Source: Tubiluchus corallicola (lineage: Eukaryota; Animalia; Priapulida). Taken from it: 64,000 bases of DNA. The position numbers were made by a program, and so were the translations under genes. The stretch is taken from contig JAQGDQ010000393.1 of the NCBI GenBank assembly GCA_030141605.1, positions 62,001-126,000 of the forward strand, written 5' to 3'. Numbering within the stretch: position 1 is the first letter of the stretch; each line of letters opens with the position of its first letter. Shown here piece after piece: positions 1 to 12,817 of the stretch. Under the pieces are notes generated by a model. The model did no database searches. It saw only the letters and a program-made list of their open reading frames with translations, and had not been told where the DNA came from.

Positions 1-228
1 TGCTAGGGACTGAGGGAGGAAGGGAGGGGAGAGAGAGAAAGAGAGAGAGAGGAGAGAAGAGAAGAGAAAAGAAGTAGAATAAAAGTGAAGTAAATAGAAG
101 TGAACTGAAAGAAAGAGACGGCAGAGAGACAGAGAGTGAGAGAGAGAGAGAGAGAGAGGAGAGAGAAAGAAAAGATAAGAGAAAAAGAGAAACAAAAGAG
201 ATGAAAACACAAGTGAAGAGAAAGAGAC

Positions 229-300
<72 letters not shown>
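1..300. repeat. (GA)n microsatellite / purine-rich low complexity
   Basis: Directly visible GA runs, pure from about 230 to 298. Confidence 0.95.
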
Positions 301-302
<2 letters not shown>

Positions 303-419
303 TGGAGAGTAGAGGAGAGGAGGGAGCTATAGCGAGAAAGAGAGAATGGAGGAGATTGAGACTGATGAACTTAATGCATTTACACGCTGAAACTGTTTAC
401 TTCAGTCTATCTTGGCAAG

Positions 420-1006
420 CTAAAATTGGATAAATTTAGCGCACCGTCCGTTCCTAGGATTGACGTAAACGTTATCAGTTAAATCTCTTATCCAGTCATA
501 AGCGGTGCTCACATTTGTATATACGGCATAGCTGACGTTCTGTGAGCAATTCCGGACGCCACTTTTGACAACACCAATCTGCGTCCAACCAACATTATTC
601 AACTGCAGAGCGAGTGGCCCACCGGGGTCACCGTGGCAAACATTGTCATACCGCGGTGCCTTCTCCAATCCACACATTTCGTGATCTGCAATATGGATGT
701 TACCATAATTCATACACCTTGCTTTGTCAACTATTTCTACTTGCACTTCTCGCAATACATCAGCTGTCTTGAACTTGTATGGGTTAGCTACTCCAAATCC
801 GGTCGCCCTTGGTTTAGAACCGATACTTGGTTCACCAAAAATGTGTCCTATTCGAAGTGAGATGGGTTTAATGAAGTCCGTGAAAGATACGGATTCTTTA
901 AGACGTATAACAGCTATATCTATGATAGGATGGACGTAGTATTCAGCATATGACACTCCTTTTTCATTGCCATCAAGAACTTTAATGTTGCGTTCTCCTA
1001 ATATGG
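420..1006 (-). CDS. Terminal exon of trypsin-family (S1A) serine protease homologue; catalytic Ser replaced by Pro
   Basis: Acceptor tttactgtttcag| at 1007 (phase 1); reads AILGERNI..DIAVIRL..CHGDPGGPL..WTQIGVVKSG..VYTNVSTAYDWI, stop TAG 422-420. Confidence 0.85.
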
Positions 1007-1050
1007 CTGAAACAGTAAAATCGATTTCAGTTTTAGTTAATAATATAGCT

Positions 1051-1227
<177 letters not shown>

Positions 1228-1396
1228 CGGTGGAGAGTAGAAAGGAGAGAAGGAGGTAGGTATAAAAAAGAGAAAATGGGGGAGATTGAGACTGATGAAT
1301 TTAAATGCATTTACACGTTGAAACTGTTTACTTCAGTCTATCTTGGCAGGCTAAAATTGGTAAATAAGCGCTGCTGATATTTGTATATACGTCATA
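1228..1396 (-). repeat. Diverged copy of the protease 3' end (301-441 plus 515-530)
   Basis: Shared ggagattgagactgatgaa..gaaactgtttacttcagtctatcttggca.gctaaaattgg and ttgtatatacg.cata. Confidence 0.9.
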
Positions 1397-1530
1397 CAAA
1401 TAATTAGCTAATTAATAGCTAATTAAGGCTGGTAAAAATTGACTGCAGTTGCTCAAACCATATAGCTGAACTTTTGTTACAAATAAATGAAAATCAAAGC
1501 ATGAGTTTTCGTTAGGTGTACAATGTTTAC

Positions 1531-1683
1531 CCCAGAGGGTGTTGATATCTTGATTATCGATGCAATGTTTGGCAGTGAGAATATGGCAGCTGTCTATGAG
1601 AGAACCACCACAGTTGAATCCACCTTTAGTTAGTGAGAAAAGTTGAGCATGCCATGGTCGCCCTTGTCGTCTGATGCCAGTGC
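1531..1683 (-). CDS. Trypsin-domain exon with catalytic His motif
   Basis: tttttgcaacag| acceptor, G|gtaaac donor, 153 nt phase 1-1; (G)TGIRRQGRPWHAQLFSLTKGGFNCGGSLIDSCHILTAKHCIDNQDINTLW. Missing from the ORF track. Confidence 0.88.
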
Positions 1684-2469
1684 CTGTTGCAAAAACCAGT
1701 CAAGTTTCAAATTTTCCAGTTTTTACACTACGTGCTTACATATTATCACTAAAAAGAGCGATATTTATTAATTAAATTTCAACGCTTAAACACAGGTTTA
1801 CTGACTGAAATTTTACCAACTGATCTTTTCGTCTTATTTTACAGTGTTTTTATAATTTGTCTGACTTAGTACTTGTGCCTAATTTTGTTTAGTTTTTGTT
1901 TTTATTAAAATTAATTTTGAAATAACTTTAACCTGTTAAATTTAGTTTTATCTAACTTTTGCTTTCAGTCCGCATCTAATTTTACAAAGTCTTTTGTGAT
2001 TTATCAGTTTTGGTACTTTAGTCGGTTTTTAGTTTTTGTTTAATTTAAATGTATTCTGTTCTATTTTATTTTTTAAACACTAACATGCTATGGACCATTA
2101 TGGAAATATTGTGAAGACAATTTAATGTGCTGAATGTAAAACTGAAGTTCGTTCTATACTAATGCTTTCTTATTTTTAACATTTTTCTTACTGGGAGAGA
2201 CACTTTCTCTGCCACATCGTGACATTTAAAATTAAACAAACTGTTACGTCTTGCAGAGTGTGTCATATTGCTTCTCTTCTTTCTCATTACTATTCTATCT
2301 TCAATCACCTTTTAATCAATCAATCATGTAATAAGTTAGTGAGCCAATCTAAAAAATAACCAACTAACTAAGCAGCTGACCGACCAGCTAACCGACCGAT
2401 CGATCATCCAATGAACAAGTCAACGACAGAACCAGCCAGCTAGTCACCCAACAAAAGGAATTTTTAAGA

Positions 2470-2590
2470 CACAAACAGACAACCAGGCAGACAGACAGAC
2501 AGACAGACAAACAAACAAACAAAAAAACAAACAAACAAACAAACGAATAAACAAATATACAAACATACATACAAACAAACAAACAAATTA
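2470..2590. repeat. (CAGA)/(CAAA)n tetranucleotide repeat
   Basis: Directly visible. Confidence 0.85.
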
Positions 2591-2734
2591 ATTGTTCAAT
2601 CAATTCGTTAATCAATTTTGTTTAGAAATAGTTCTTAAAAATTACAAAAATTAATAATGGGACTAGTATATATGACAATAAAAAAACAAGAATAACTTAT
2701 TAATATTCGTTAATAATGCGGCCACCGGCAGTAT

Positions 2735-3706
2735 CTATAACTTTACGTAGTATAAAAAGGAACACAAACCTAATCTAGACGATCTCAGAGCTGATGAGCC
2801 TTTTGCCATTATTCTTTTTCGTAGGAGGCGAGACGACGGAATTGGTGGTAATCGTGAAACTGATGACGTTCCTATTGTACGTAACGTGTGAGAACGAGAA
2901 GGTTGTAAAGTCCTACGTATTACGTGACGTCTAGGATGCAAAGATGCTTTGGCAACAGGTCGTGAAACTGAAATACGTTTTGCCAGTTCTGGACGGAATT
3001 TTAAACGTGAAGTGGGATATTCGATTAGTCGCGAAAGCCCTGATTTTTGTTGAGGCGGTGAAAGTAGTAAACCTGGTCTAAGAGGTAACAAAATTGGTAA
3101 GCCTACTCCCAAGCGTCTACTTTGTGGAAGTAGATTCCCAGATATTGGAGGGAACAAACCTACTGGCTGTCCAAAGAAGATAGATCCGGTTGTTATTCCA
3201 GTAATTGCAGTATGTCTTGTAACCGGCCTTCCGCCTGCTATGTGGGGTACACCTTCATCACCTGGTTTACCAAATTCCGGTACAGGTCTGCCCACACCTC
3301 GAAATCCAAATCCTCCGCCAAATCTACCTTTTGATGTACCAAATCCAGATCTGAATCCACTTCCTAATACACCAAACCCATATCCAAATCCACCTCTTGA
3401 TGTTCCAAAGCCAGATCCAAATCCGCTGCCAAATCCACTTCCTGATCCACTAAATATAGATCCAAATCCGCCACTAAATCCACCTCCTGATCCACCAAAT
3501 CCAGACCCAAATCCGCCTCCTGATCCACCAAATCCAGATCCAAATCCGCCACCAAATCCACCTCCTGATCCACCAAATCCAGATCCAAATCCGCCTCCTG
3601 ATCCACCAAATCCACCGCCAGATCCACTACCTGATGTAGATGTTGTACCCGTGGATGATGTAAGTGTGAACAGAACAAATAACAAGAGCAAATTGTTCCT
3701 ACACAT
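2735..3706 (-). CDS. Secreted glycine-rich (GGGFG/GSGFG repeat) + Arg/Pro-rich protein; probable first exon of the protease-homologue gene
   Basis: 323-aa ORF with signal-peptide-like MCRNNLLLLFVLFTLTSS; phase-1 donor TTAG|gtttgt at 2769; GGRIIN motif just downstream (2726-2709). Confidence 0.75.
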   Translation of the reverse strand: MCRNNLLLLFVLFTLTSSTGTTSTSGSGSGGGFGGSGGGFGSGFGGSGGGFGGGFGSGFGGSGGGFGSGFGGSGGGFSGGFGSIFSGSGSGFGSGFGSGFGTSRGGFGYGFGVLGSGFRSGFGTSKGRFGGGFGFRGVGRPVPEFGKPGDEGVPHIAGGRPVTRHTAITGITTGSIFFGQPVGLFPPISGNLLPQSRRLGVGLPILLPLRPGLLLSPPQQKSGLSRLIEYPTSRLKFRPELAKRISVSRPVAKASLHPRRHVIRRTLQPSRSHTLRTIGTSSVSRLPPIPSSRLLRKRIMAKGSSALRSSRLGLCSFLYYVKL

Positions 3707-4351
3707 GATGATTTAGACTCTAAAGCGCTAAAAAAGATGATGTGGCAACTAAAATGCACAAAAAGAAGTGAGGATGCATCGTCAAGTTTCCAACCTTCTT
3801 GAAAGTTTTTTAGCTTTTTCATAAACACGTGTACATGCAACAATGTTGCTTCAAAGATGGTAAAATGTGAGCTTGTAAAAAAATTCAGCTAAATACAGGT
3901 TTGCGAAAATTGCTGCCGGTTGCTGAAACGTTTATACGTTCTACTTTTACATTTATGCTAATGTTTAAGCAACGAAATGTGTTATTTAATTTTCTAAAGT
4001 AATAGAAATCCAAAATCAAGCGTAGACAGCTTACCTTCATCTACGAGATAGGACTGTCGTACAACTCCAAATCTACATAAAAAACTTTTACCAAATAAAT
4101 AACTTATGCTATGCTGGTCTCGCTGAAATAACATAAGCAGAACGGGAAATATAGCTTTACTGCTATCGAAGAACCTAATGTGTAATTCATGACTTGATTT
4201 TTTTAAACTGGTTTTCCAGTTGACTCATGGTCCTTGGAAATTAAATCTGTTGCCCATTAGGATAACACATCGATAACTTCAAATGTGACAGAGAACAAGT
4301 GCAACTAAGCAAACCTGGCGAGCTTCCCGAATCACTCGCCTTGACTTTGCA

Positions 4352-4496
4352 ACGCTACTCGAAACGTACATATACCTATATTGCTTATAGGTATATGTAC
4401 GTTTCGAGTAGCGTACATATATGCTTATATATATATATAATGAAAAGGGATGGTCAACCATAGTGATGACGAGCAAAATGGTTGACCATCCCTTTT
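4352..4496. repeat. Two adjacent perfect inverted repeats
   Basis: Arms 4352-4380/4386-4414 (29 bp) and 4443-4461/4478-4496 (19 bp). Confidence 0.95.
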
Positions 4497-4979
4497 GCCT
4501 CTTTATTATCTATGGTTTGCTTTACTAAGTCATTAGTTCTTGCAAAGTGTATTTTAAACATGAATTTTAATGTAATGCTTTGGAGTTTTATATTTAGTAG
4601 AAGTAGACATGCATAAATTCATGCTTCGCCCTAGAGGGATCACGCCTTACTATCATTATATCGTATTCCATATTAATAAATTATGTCACGATTTATCGCG
4701 ACGCCAAAATCTTAGGAATAAAGAGAAATGAACATGTCTTTAGTTAAGGTATCGTTTTCGTTGCAAGTCGGCCTGATTGAGTCAGACAAGGCTCTTCCTT
4801 CAGGTATTTTTTTGTTTGTGTTGTTTATAAATCCGTAAATTCTATTATTAAAGGAGCTGCCTAATGTTGCTTTTTCACAGAATATGCATTGTTTATTAAT
4901 GGTGGACGATAGTGTAATCATCGCCTCATTATGTCAATGTCCGATTGATCAGATAAATTTATTAGTTCGTTTGTGCAAT

Positions 4980-6390
4980 AATTCCAAAACCAACTTTATG
5001 ACCATAAACGGCTCATGGCAGATAGATTGCCGATCCAGTAAAGTAATGTGACTGTTGATCATTGTTCAACATTATTTCTACTTGGTTCTCCTATTACCGA
5101 AGACGGGATGCTTGATTCTGCATGTGGAAGAAAAACTGAAGCATGTTAGTCATTTCATTCTTTTTAAAATCGCAAAAGCGATGCCGTTCTTTTCGTTAAG
5201 GAAACAGTTATGAAGCAACATGCCTTTCGGCAATTTTTTACGGCAGCTTGGTGTTCTGATTCGTTGAAAACGGCTCATAAGTTATATATGGAATGCATTC
5301 AATTTTGCCTAGCTGTACGCTCATCTACTGCTGATGTCTTAAGTCTATGTGAGCCTGACATAACGCATATGTCATAGCTAGGCAAATTGACTTTTGGCAA
5401 AAAAACTTTAATAATCCTAGAAAACAGGAACAGTTAACATGTTTCAACATTGCTACCAGGTGTGGCAGTAAATTGCTATATTATATTATGTTATGTTATG
5501 TTATGTTATGTTATGTTATGTTATGTTATGTTATGTTATGTTATGTTATGTTATGTTATGTTATGTTATGTTATGTTATGTTATGTTATGTTATGTTATG
5601 TTATGTTATGTTATGTTATGTTATGTTATGTTATGTTATGTTATGTTATGTTATGTTATGTTATGTTATGTTATGTTATGTTATATTATATTATATTATA
5701 TTATATTATATTATATTATATTATATTATATTATATTATATTATATTATATTATATTATATTATATTATATTATATTATATTATATTATATTATATTATA
5801 TTATATTATATTATATTATATTATATTATATTATATTATATTATATTATATTATATTATATTATATTATATTATATTATATTATATTATATTATATTATA
5901 TTATATAATATAATATAATATAATATAATATAATATAATATAATATAATATAATATAATATAATATAATATAATATAATATAATATAATATAATATAATA
6001 TAATATAATATAATATAATATTATATTATATTATATTATATTATATTATATTATATTATATTATATTATATTATATTATATTATATTATATTATATTATA
6101 TTATATTATATTATATTATATTATATTTATTATATTATATTATTGCTTACTCAACCTTAGTATGGATATTGTTGCAGATGACAAACGCGCGAGGTTAAGT
6201 TTAATTTCTGATGCGGTCGGAACATAGTTTCAAACATACCAATGTATGAACCCTCCTTTAGTAGTCAACCCCATATATGTGCCTAGGAAGAACTCTACAA
6301 TTGAGTTGGAGGAAATTGCCTATATAAGAGTTAAACTTTCGTCACACGACCTGCGGAATGAGTTGGGCAGATGAACCAGTCTTAACTCCT
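4980..6390 (+). mobile_element. Decayed non-LTR retrotransposon ORF2 3' half, interrupted by microsatellite
   Basis: Fragments LLGSPITEDG near 5080 and GT*FQTYQCMNPPLVVNPIY..RVKLSSHDLRNELGR* near 6220-6373 resemble the LINE RLSSHxLxxExGRW motif; stops and frameshifts. Confidence 0.7.
5483..6143. repeat. Compound pentanucleotide microsatellite (TTATG)n(TTATA)n(TAATA)n(TTATA)n
   Basis: Directly visible. Confidence 0.97.
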
Positions 6391-6697
6391 CGATTCAAAT
6401 TCGTTTTCTGTTGTTGTACCAATAACGCGGAATTAAGAAGTAAATAAGCAACACTAGATTTCTCATCAATTGGTGATTTGTTTAAATGTGATACTAAAAT
6501 TTTGGTTAGCTTTATTAGGGACTGTTTTGATTTATATTAAGGTAGTAAATATGGATAAATTCAGATTGGTGTCGTTGCTATGGGGACCGTTAATTTACCT
6601 GTCGTAATTGGTGTAAAAAATATATAAAAGTCTGAACTTGTAAATCGTTCACATTTCAGCCCTTGACACGAGTGTAATTTAACTTAATGATTTTTAA

Positions 6698-7305
6698 AGG
6701 AAGATGATTTCTCATATATTACCCCATTTTCAAGTACGGTAAAAATGTATACATTTTAACACGATTAATACTGCAAAAGGTTTTCTGATAATTAAATAAT
6801 AGAATAAAATGTTGATTAACAACAGGCGAGCCCAACTAGTGATGACATCACAAACTAACATAATTTTCAACAGCAAAATATTCCAGAGCGTGTTGCACGT
6901 TTTTGCGAAAATGAAAATTGAAGTACAGTGCTGCTGTAAGATAAACAGTATGTTGGACTAAAACTAGGCAAGTTTTAAGATAAAAATTCAAATTTCAAAT
7001 TTACCGCTGTGCTCACGCATGAGCTGTCGAACATGTGTAGTTCGTCACAAACTAACACATCTGAACTGAGAGGTACAGCACCTGTTTTTTGTACAGTGTG
7101 TTTCCGAAATGCAGGCGCTACTGCCCGTCTAACCAGCTAATAACGAAATGCATGTAAAAGCGAAGAACTAGTGGCGCAGACGTGAAATTGTGTTTGTTTG
7201 GTAATAATTCTTTCACGTAAGTCACTTTTGAAAAAATAGTTTGCTTCCTTTCAATATATTAAACAGTAGATTGTTTTGATCTACAGTTGAAGAGTGGGTT
7301 TTACT
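6698..7305 (+). mobile_element. Non-autonomous DNA transposon with TTAA flanks (Kolobok/T2-like), copy 1 of 3
   Basis: ttaa|AGGAAG...TTTTACT|ttaa; reverse-orientation homologues at 10930-11398 and 23961-24456. Confidence 0.7.
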
Positions 7306-8905
7306 TTAACATGAATGCGTTTTAGCTGATTTAGATAACAAAGGAAAACTGTTCGAGCTGATTGTGCAATTTTGAATGTACCTTAGTTATATTTTCATAT
7401 ATAAAGTTATGCTATGTGTATGTGAGTCAAACTGCAATGTTAATCACAAATTTCAATTGTGCAATGGTTTCACTGTTGTGACTTTTAATGTAAACTTGTG
7501 TAATTTTTAATGGTCTCTAAATTAACAGTCATAATAAAATTATAGAAAACGTTTATGACAAAGCCATAAACTGAAGTTTCTGCAATATGCTCTGCCAGAG
7601 TAATGTAATGTAACGTTACTTCACATTACATTTCATAACACCGGGGCGATTGGTAATAAAATCACAGGTTATCAATCTTTAGGCATACTCTGTCTAAACT
7701 CGAAAGACTTTTATTGTTAAGTCAAACTAGCTCAAAATCGTAATTTCGTTTTTGCCAAATTTGCCATGCTCAATTACCTAAAACGTGTTAATCCACATAC
7801 ATATCATATCATATATCATACATATCATATCATATATCATATCATACATACATACATAACATATCCACATACAACCTCATGCAATAACAGATGGCAATTT
7901 ATCGTTAGTATCGTGAATTCCACGAAAGAATAATGTATGTAAATTTTTTCAGTGATTTTTTTTAGAATTTCAAGTGCAAAAAACGAACATGACATACTGT
8001 ATTTTCCATTTTTAGGCACGAATTCACCTCTCCCGCATTTCATCCTTGAAAATTTAAAGTAAAGATCATGAAATGTTTAAAACACTGTAACGACGACGAA
8101 ATGATATTTATTTTTACCCCCTACGATGGGTTGTAACGTGAATAAGATGATTACAATACGTAAATTACAGTCGAATACAAGCAGATTTAATGTAAGTTTA
8201 TTAATAATAATTTGAATTTCTAAAAATTTAAATTATAAATTTACGTATTTAAATTTAACAATTTTATAATCAGTTAGACCATAATAATTTTGTCGATAAT
8301 ATCCCATTTCATGCTTTCACTGAGGTCTTCTTTGCTTGCAGTTACATTTTTAGCATTTACAACTTGCAAAATGAGTACGCTAAGCAATGCAGTAGTCTCA
8401 TAATTAGTGAATCTGTTTAAAGAAGCCAACTTACGACCTGAAACAGTGAACAAAAATGGTTAACATGGCAAAATGTTGGCAAATTGTTTTAGATGCTGCA
8501 CTGAAAAACTACTTTAATACTGCAATAGAGGACGACACAAGTTCTATTTACATTTTGGTATAATTATAGCATGTTATTACGTTGTGCAAAGCATTATGAC
8601 AACAGCAGGATCATAACGATCTAGCAAAACCATTTTTAATGCCAAAACATACCCAGCGTTATAAGTTTTAGATGCCACAGATTTTGTTTTGTTCCGTGGA
8701 ACCTCGAATTTTAGACATGAAAGTTAATCTAGCTAAGTTGTTTTATTGTTTTGGTAGTAATCTTCAGCAAACTGATTAACAGTATTAATCGAAACGTTTG
8801 AAAAGTGCCTTGCTGCCGACAAAAATTAATGACGTTATTATCTGCTGATGTAGCTTCTGAACAGTCTCTCAAAATTTAACTGTTGCAACTACGTATCTGT
8901 TATTT

Positions 8906-9145
8906 TTATTTTAATTGCTTTGAGAAAGGATAAAGAGTTACCTCGCAAATCTGCTTGCGTTTTTCACCTTCCCAAGAGCCTGTCATCGATAAGTAAAAAT
9001 ACTGACAAGCCGACGGCATGTAGCAGCTAAACTCGCAATATCGACTGTCTCCTTTAGTGAATGACGTATAAAGGTAACAAGCATTAGCAGATCTAAACGC
9101 ATCCAGAGGATTCGGATCTTCTACGGAGGAACACGGCTGTGGAAC
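8906..9145 (-). CDS. Terminal exon, Cys-rich extracellular-type domain of unknown family
   Basis: atttttag| acceptor, 80 codons: VPQPCSS..ACYLY..RYCEFSCYMPSACQYFYL..KQICEVTLYPFSKQLK*; phase 0 matches exon 10153-10424. Confidence 0.75.
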   Translation of the reverse strand, partial: VPQPCSSVEDPNPLDAFRSANACYLYTSFTKGDSRYCEFSCYMPSACQYFYLSMTGSWEGEKRKQICEVTLYPFSKQLK

Positions 9146-9191
9146 CTAAAAATATTGCAAAGTCTTGCAAGCTGTAAGGAGCGTAATCTTA

Positions 9192-9605
<414 letters not shown>

Positions 9606-10152
9606 AGCTTAAATTCTTAATTGTATTATGTAACATGCACTTAACGCACCTCTATTAAATTAAACACACTTCAAAGTTTAAAAGAAAAAATTATCTTGAA
9701 AGTGTTTTTATTTGATTTTTAAACGTTTTGACATTTGCACAATGACGTATAAAACAGGTAGTTGATTTCAAATTGCTGACCCCTTGAAAGCCAAACAGGA
9801 CTAGCAAACATTAGTTCTAAGTAACAGCAACGTATAGTTGCCTCTGCGTTTTGATCTAGTGTTATAGTTATGATCTATGGGGAAAATAACAGCATAAGTA
9901 TCATTTTCATTATTTGCTCATTGGTGTCACTCTGAGGTCAAAATACAGGTAACTGATTTGCAAACTAGTTTCTATTCGTTCTCTATCTTGTTCATCACAC
10001 CTTTCCAGTTTTTTTGAACATTTCTTGCATTTTTTACATTGTTCCTAATAGGCTTATTGATATTGTTATTTGCACATTTCAGAAAATTAAACAATGGTGC
10101 ATTACTTGTATACATAGTTACATTAAACCACGCAGTTACATGCACTACCTAC

Positions 10153-10424
10153 CAACACAAAATCAGTTCCACTACATTCTCCTATGTCTTTCTCGCACAG
10201 CATGTCCTTTGTACTGACCCCCACTCGAAAGTTCTGCATGGCTACTGGTGACGTGAATAGTAAGTAAGATCTGACTGGCATTGAAAAATTTCCAGACGAA
10301 CTTTCGGGTAAATATGTGCACGTGCTGTAATCTTCGTCTAGCAGGACATCTGTTGTAACATCATTGTTTCTAATAGGGATATTGCCAGCTCGACTAGTGA
10401 CGCTACCACTTCGTAGTACATTAG
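10153..10424 (-). CDS. Internal exon (phase 1-0) of Cys-rich secreted protein
   Basis: tttcttacag| and |gtaggt; 272 nt open: NVLRSGSV..VLLDEDYSTCTYLP..NFRVGVSTKDMLCEKDIGECSGTDFVL. Confidence 0.75.
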
Positions 10425-10929
10425 CTGTAAGAAATCACCAAATATTTAAAGGTCTCCTAAGACACTATTTTTTATGTTATTATCTTTTATAGCATAGGCG
10501 GAATTGCATATTTCCTAATTTTTGAAACTGTTTTTATAAATGCTTTGATGTGATATTGTAACTTAAATTAAGTGCCATTGATACTGTCACAAATATTATT
10601 ACCCGCCATGACACTCAGTGCTGTGACGTCATGTCAGGAAGTGGCAGTTAACAACAAGTGGCCCCAGCAAGCAGAGCACTGGGAACAGTGAACAGAACGG
10701 TTATTGCTGAATAATGATTTATCTATTGCTAAAAACGTTTCTTACTACAATATTTATTTGTTTATAGCAAAGGAACTTATAAGAATCTATTTAATATAAG
10801 TAAATGGACATGAATTTATTACTTAATTTCTTGGTCGTCACTTTTACCAAAACTCTTCATCTCGTGTATTGTATACACGAAATGTATATTAAGTCTGTCT
10901 TGATATCAAAATACCAGTGTATAACTTAA

Positions 10930-11398
10930 AGCAAAACCGGACCAAATCTTAAACTGTAGGTCAAAACAACAAACTCTTTAAAATGTTGAAAGGAAATATG
11001 TACTATTTTTTCAAAAATGACTTACGTGAAAGAATTATTATCACACAAACACAATTTCACTAGTTCTTCGCTGTAAAATTAGTTTGTGACGAATTGCACA
11101 CGTTCGAAATCTCAAGCATGAATTTTGGTCTTAAAACTTGCCTAGTTTTAGTAAACACACTGAATATCTTACAGTAGCACTGTACTTCAATTCTCTTTTT
11201 CGTAAACATGTACAACACGCTGTTGAAAATTGTGTTAGTTTGTGATGTCATCAATAGCTGGACTTGCCCGCCGTTAATTAAGATTTTAATGTATCATTTA
11301 ATTTTCAGAAACGGTTTTGCAGTATTGTGGTATTAAAATGTATACTTTTTATCGGACTTGAAAACCGGATAGTATATGAAAAACCATCCTGTCTTCCT
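10930..11398 (-). mobile_element. Kolobok/T2-like non-autonomous element, copy 2 (internally deleted)
   Basis: Reverse-complement homology to 6698-7305; starts ttaa|AGCAAAACC. Confidence 0.7.
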
Positions 11399-11463
11399 TT
11401 GATATCAGATAATTTATTTAAGAAGCGGCAAGCAAAACTTCTCTTATGACATGTCCAGACATG

Positions 11464-11928
11464 TAAGGGTTGCAGTGGATGTGAATTTCTATGGATATAT
11501 CACTGTGTAGATGTCAGACTTAGGCCATACCATAACGTGGATATTTTTATATACGATTTATTAAACTAAAGTAACTCTGTAACTCGGTTTATTTGATTGT
11601 TGTATGTTTGTATTTAAGGCGAGTTGAAAGCCTGAAATGGCACTGTTTAACTGAAAATAAAATGTATTTTATGATGAAATTTACGCCCTCTATTATACGT
11701 TTGTGAATCTGGTATACAAAGGCGCTTTTATGGTTTAACTGACTAAAATGCTTTACGCTATGCTCTCCTACATTTCCAGAGTACTAATAGAAAACGGTGG
11801 TTTGTCATAGAGGTTACAGGATAAATACCTATTGATATGGACATGATATAGATCTATCTACGGATAGCTTCTAAGAGCCTGCGGTTTATGGATAACTGGA
11901 TATGAGATTTCATATTCACGACAACCCC
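11464..11928. mobile_element. Old MITE with degenerate TIRs
   Basis: gggttgcagtggatgtgaa ... ttcatattcacgacaaccc are imperfectly complementary. Confidence 0.4.
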
Positions 11929-12817
11929 GAATATTATAGCTATAATTTTCAAGTATCTATAACAGAAGCCTGTATGCTTTTATTGTTGCACTCATCCACG
12001 TAAAATGATCATTTGCGAAGCCTTTGTCCTCACAGGGCCCTACATCTTTATCTTATTGATAAATAGAATATTTTACGTTGTGGCAAATAGCAATATTTGT
12101 TTTTGCAAAAAATTGATGTTTCCGGGCTTGATATGAAACAACATTAATACGGATATCTTGATGCTGTTGTCAAGTTTTTCTGGATTCGCTTATTATTGAA
12201 CTTATGTCATCGTACCATTTCAACAGGCCCTGCAAAACACCAGGTGAACAATGGAACAGCTGTTGAAACTCATTAAACAAGTGCTTATGACAATGTCGTT
12301 TGGAAGAAAAATCTACACAGAGATGAACAAGTAATCATAAGTGCCTAGTAATCTTAAGAAAATCTACCCACAGGTTATTTTGCTCCATCTTGTCATAATA
12401 TTTTGTGTCCCCAATATATTGTGTTTTTGGAGGGAATTTACGACATGTTCTCGGATCACGTATAAGCTGTACATGGGAAGAAGAATTACCTGGAAAGTGT
12501 GTTTTGCTGCAGCTCTGTATCAGGTTCTCTTTTGAATATTGCTCTAGTATGTTATATATATATTGTGTTTTACTACTTATTGGGATGTTATCTTAGGCTT
12601 TTAGCAAAACATTCTTTTTTCGCATTATGGATCTGATTTTATTTTGAAATTTGACCAAGATTGGAATGAGCAGGCAATGGAGAAGTAACAGTAACTGTTG
12701 CCATGTATTTATAAATCGCTATGGGCTGGGTTGACGTTGTAGGGACTAGTTTAGACTGCATTTTCGTTTTGACTACATTTTTTTCACTAAATCACTTTCT
12801 CACTTTACTTGATGTTT

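Noticed and set aside
3240-3716. Pro/Asn/Asp-rich + strand ORF
   Set aside because: Antisense shadow of the Gly-rich codons; the minus ORF has the signal peptide and gene context.
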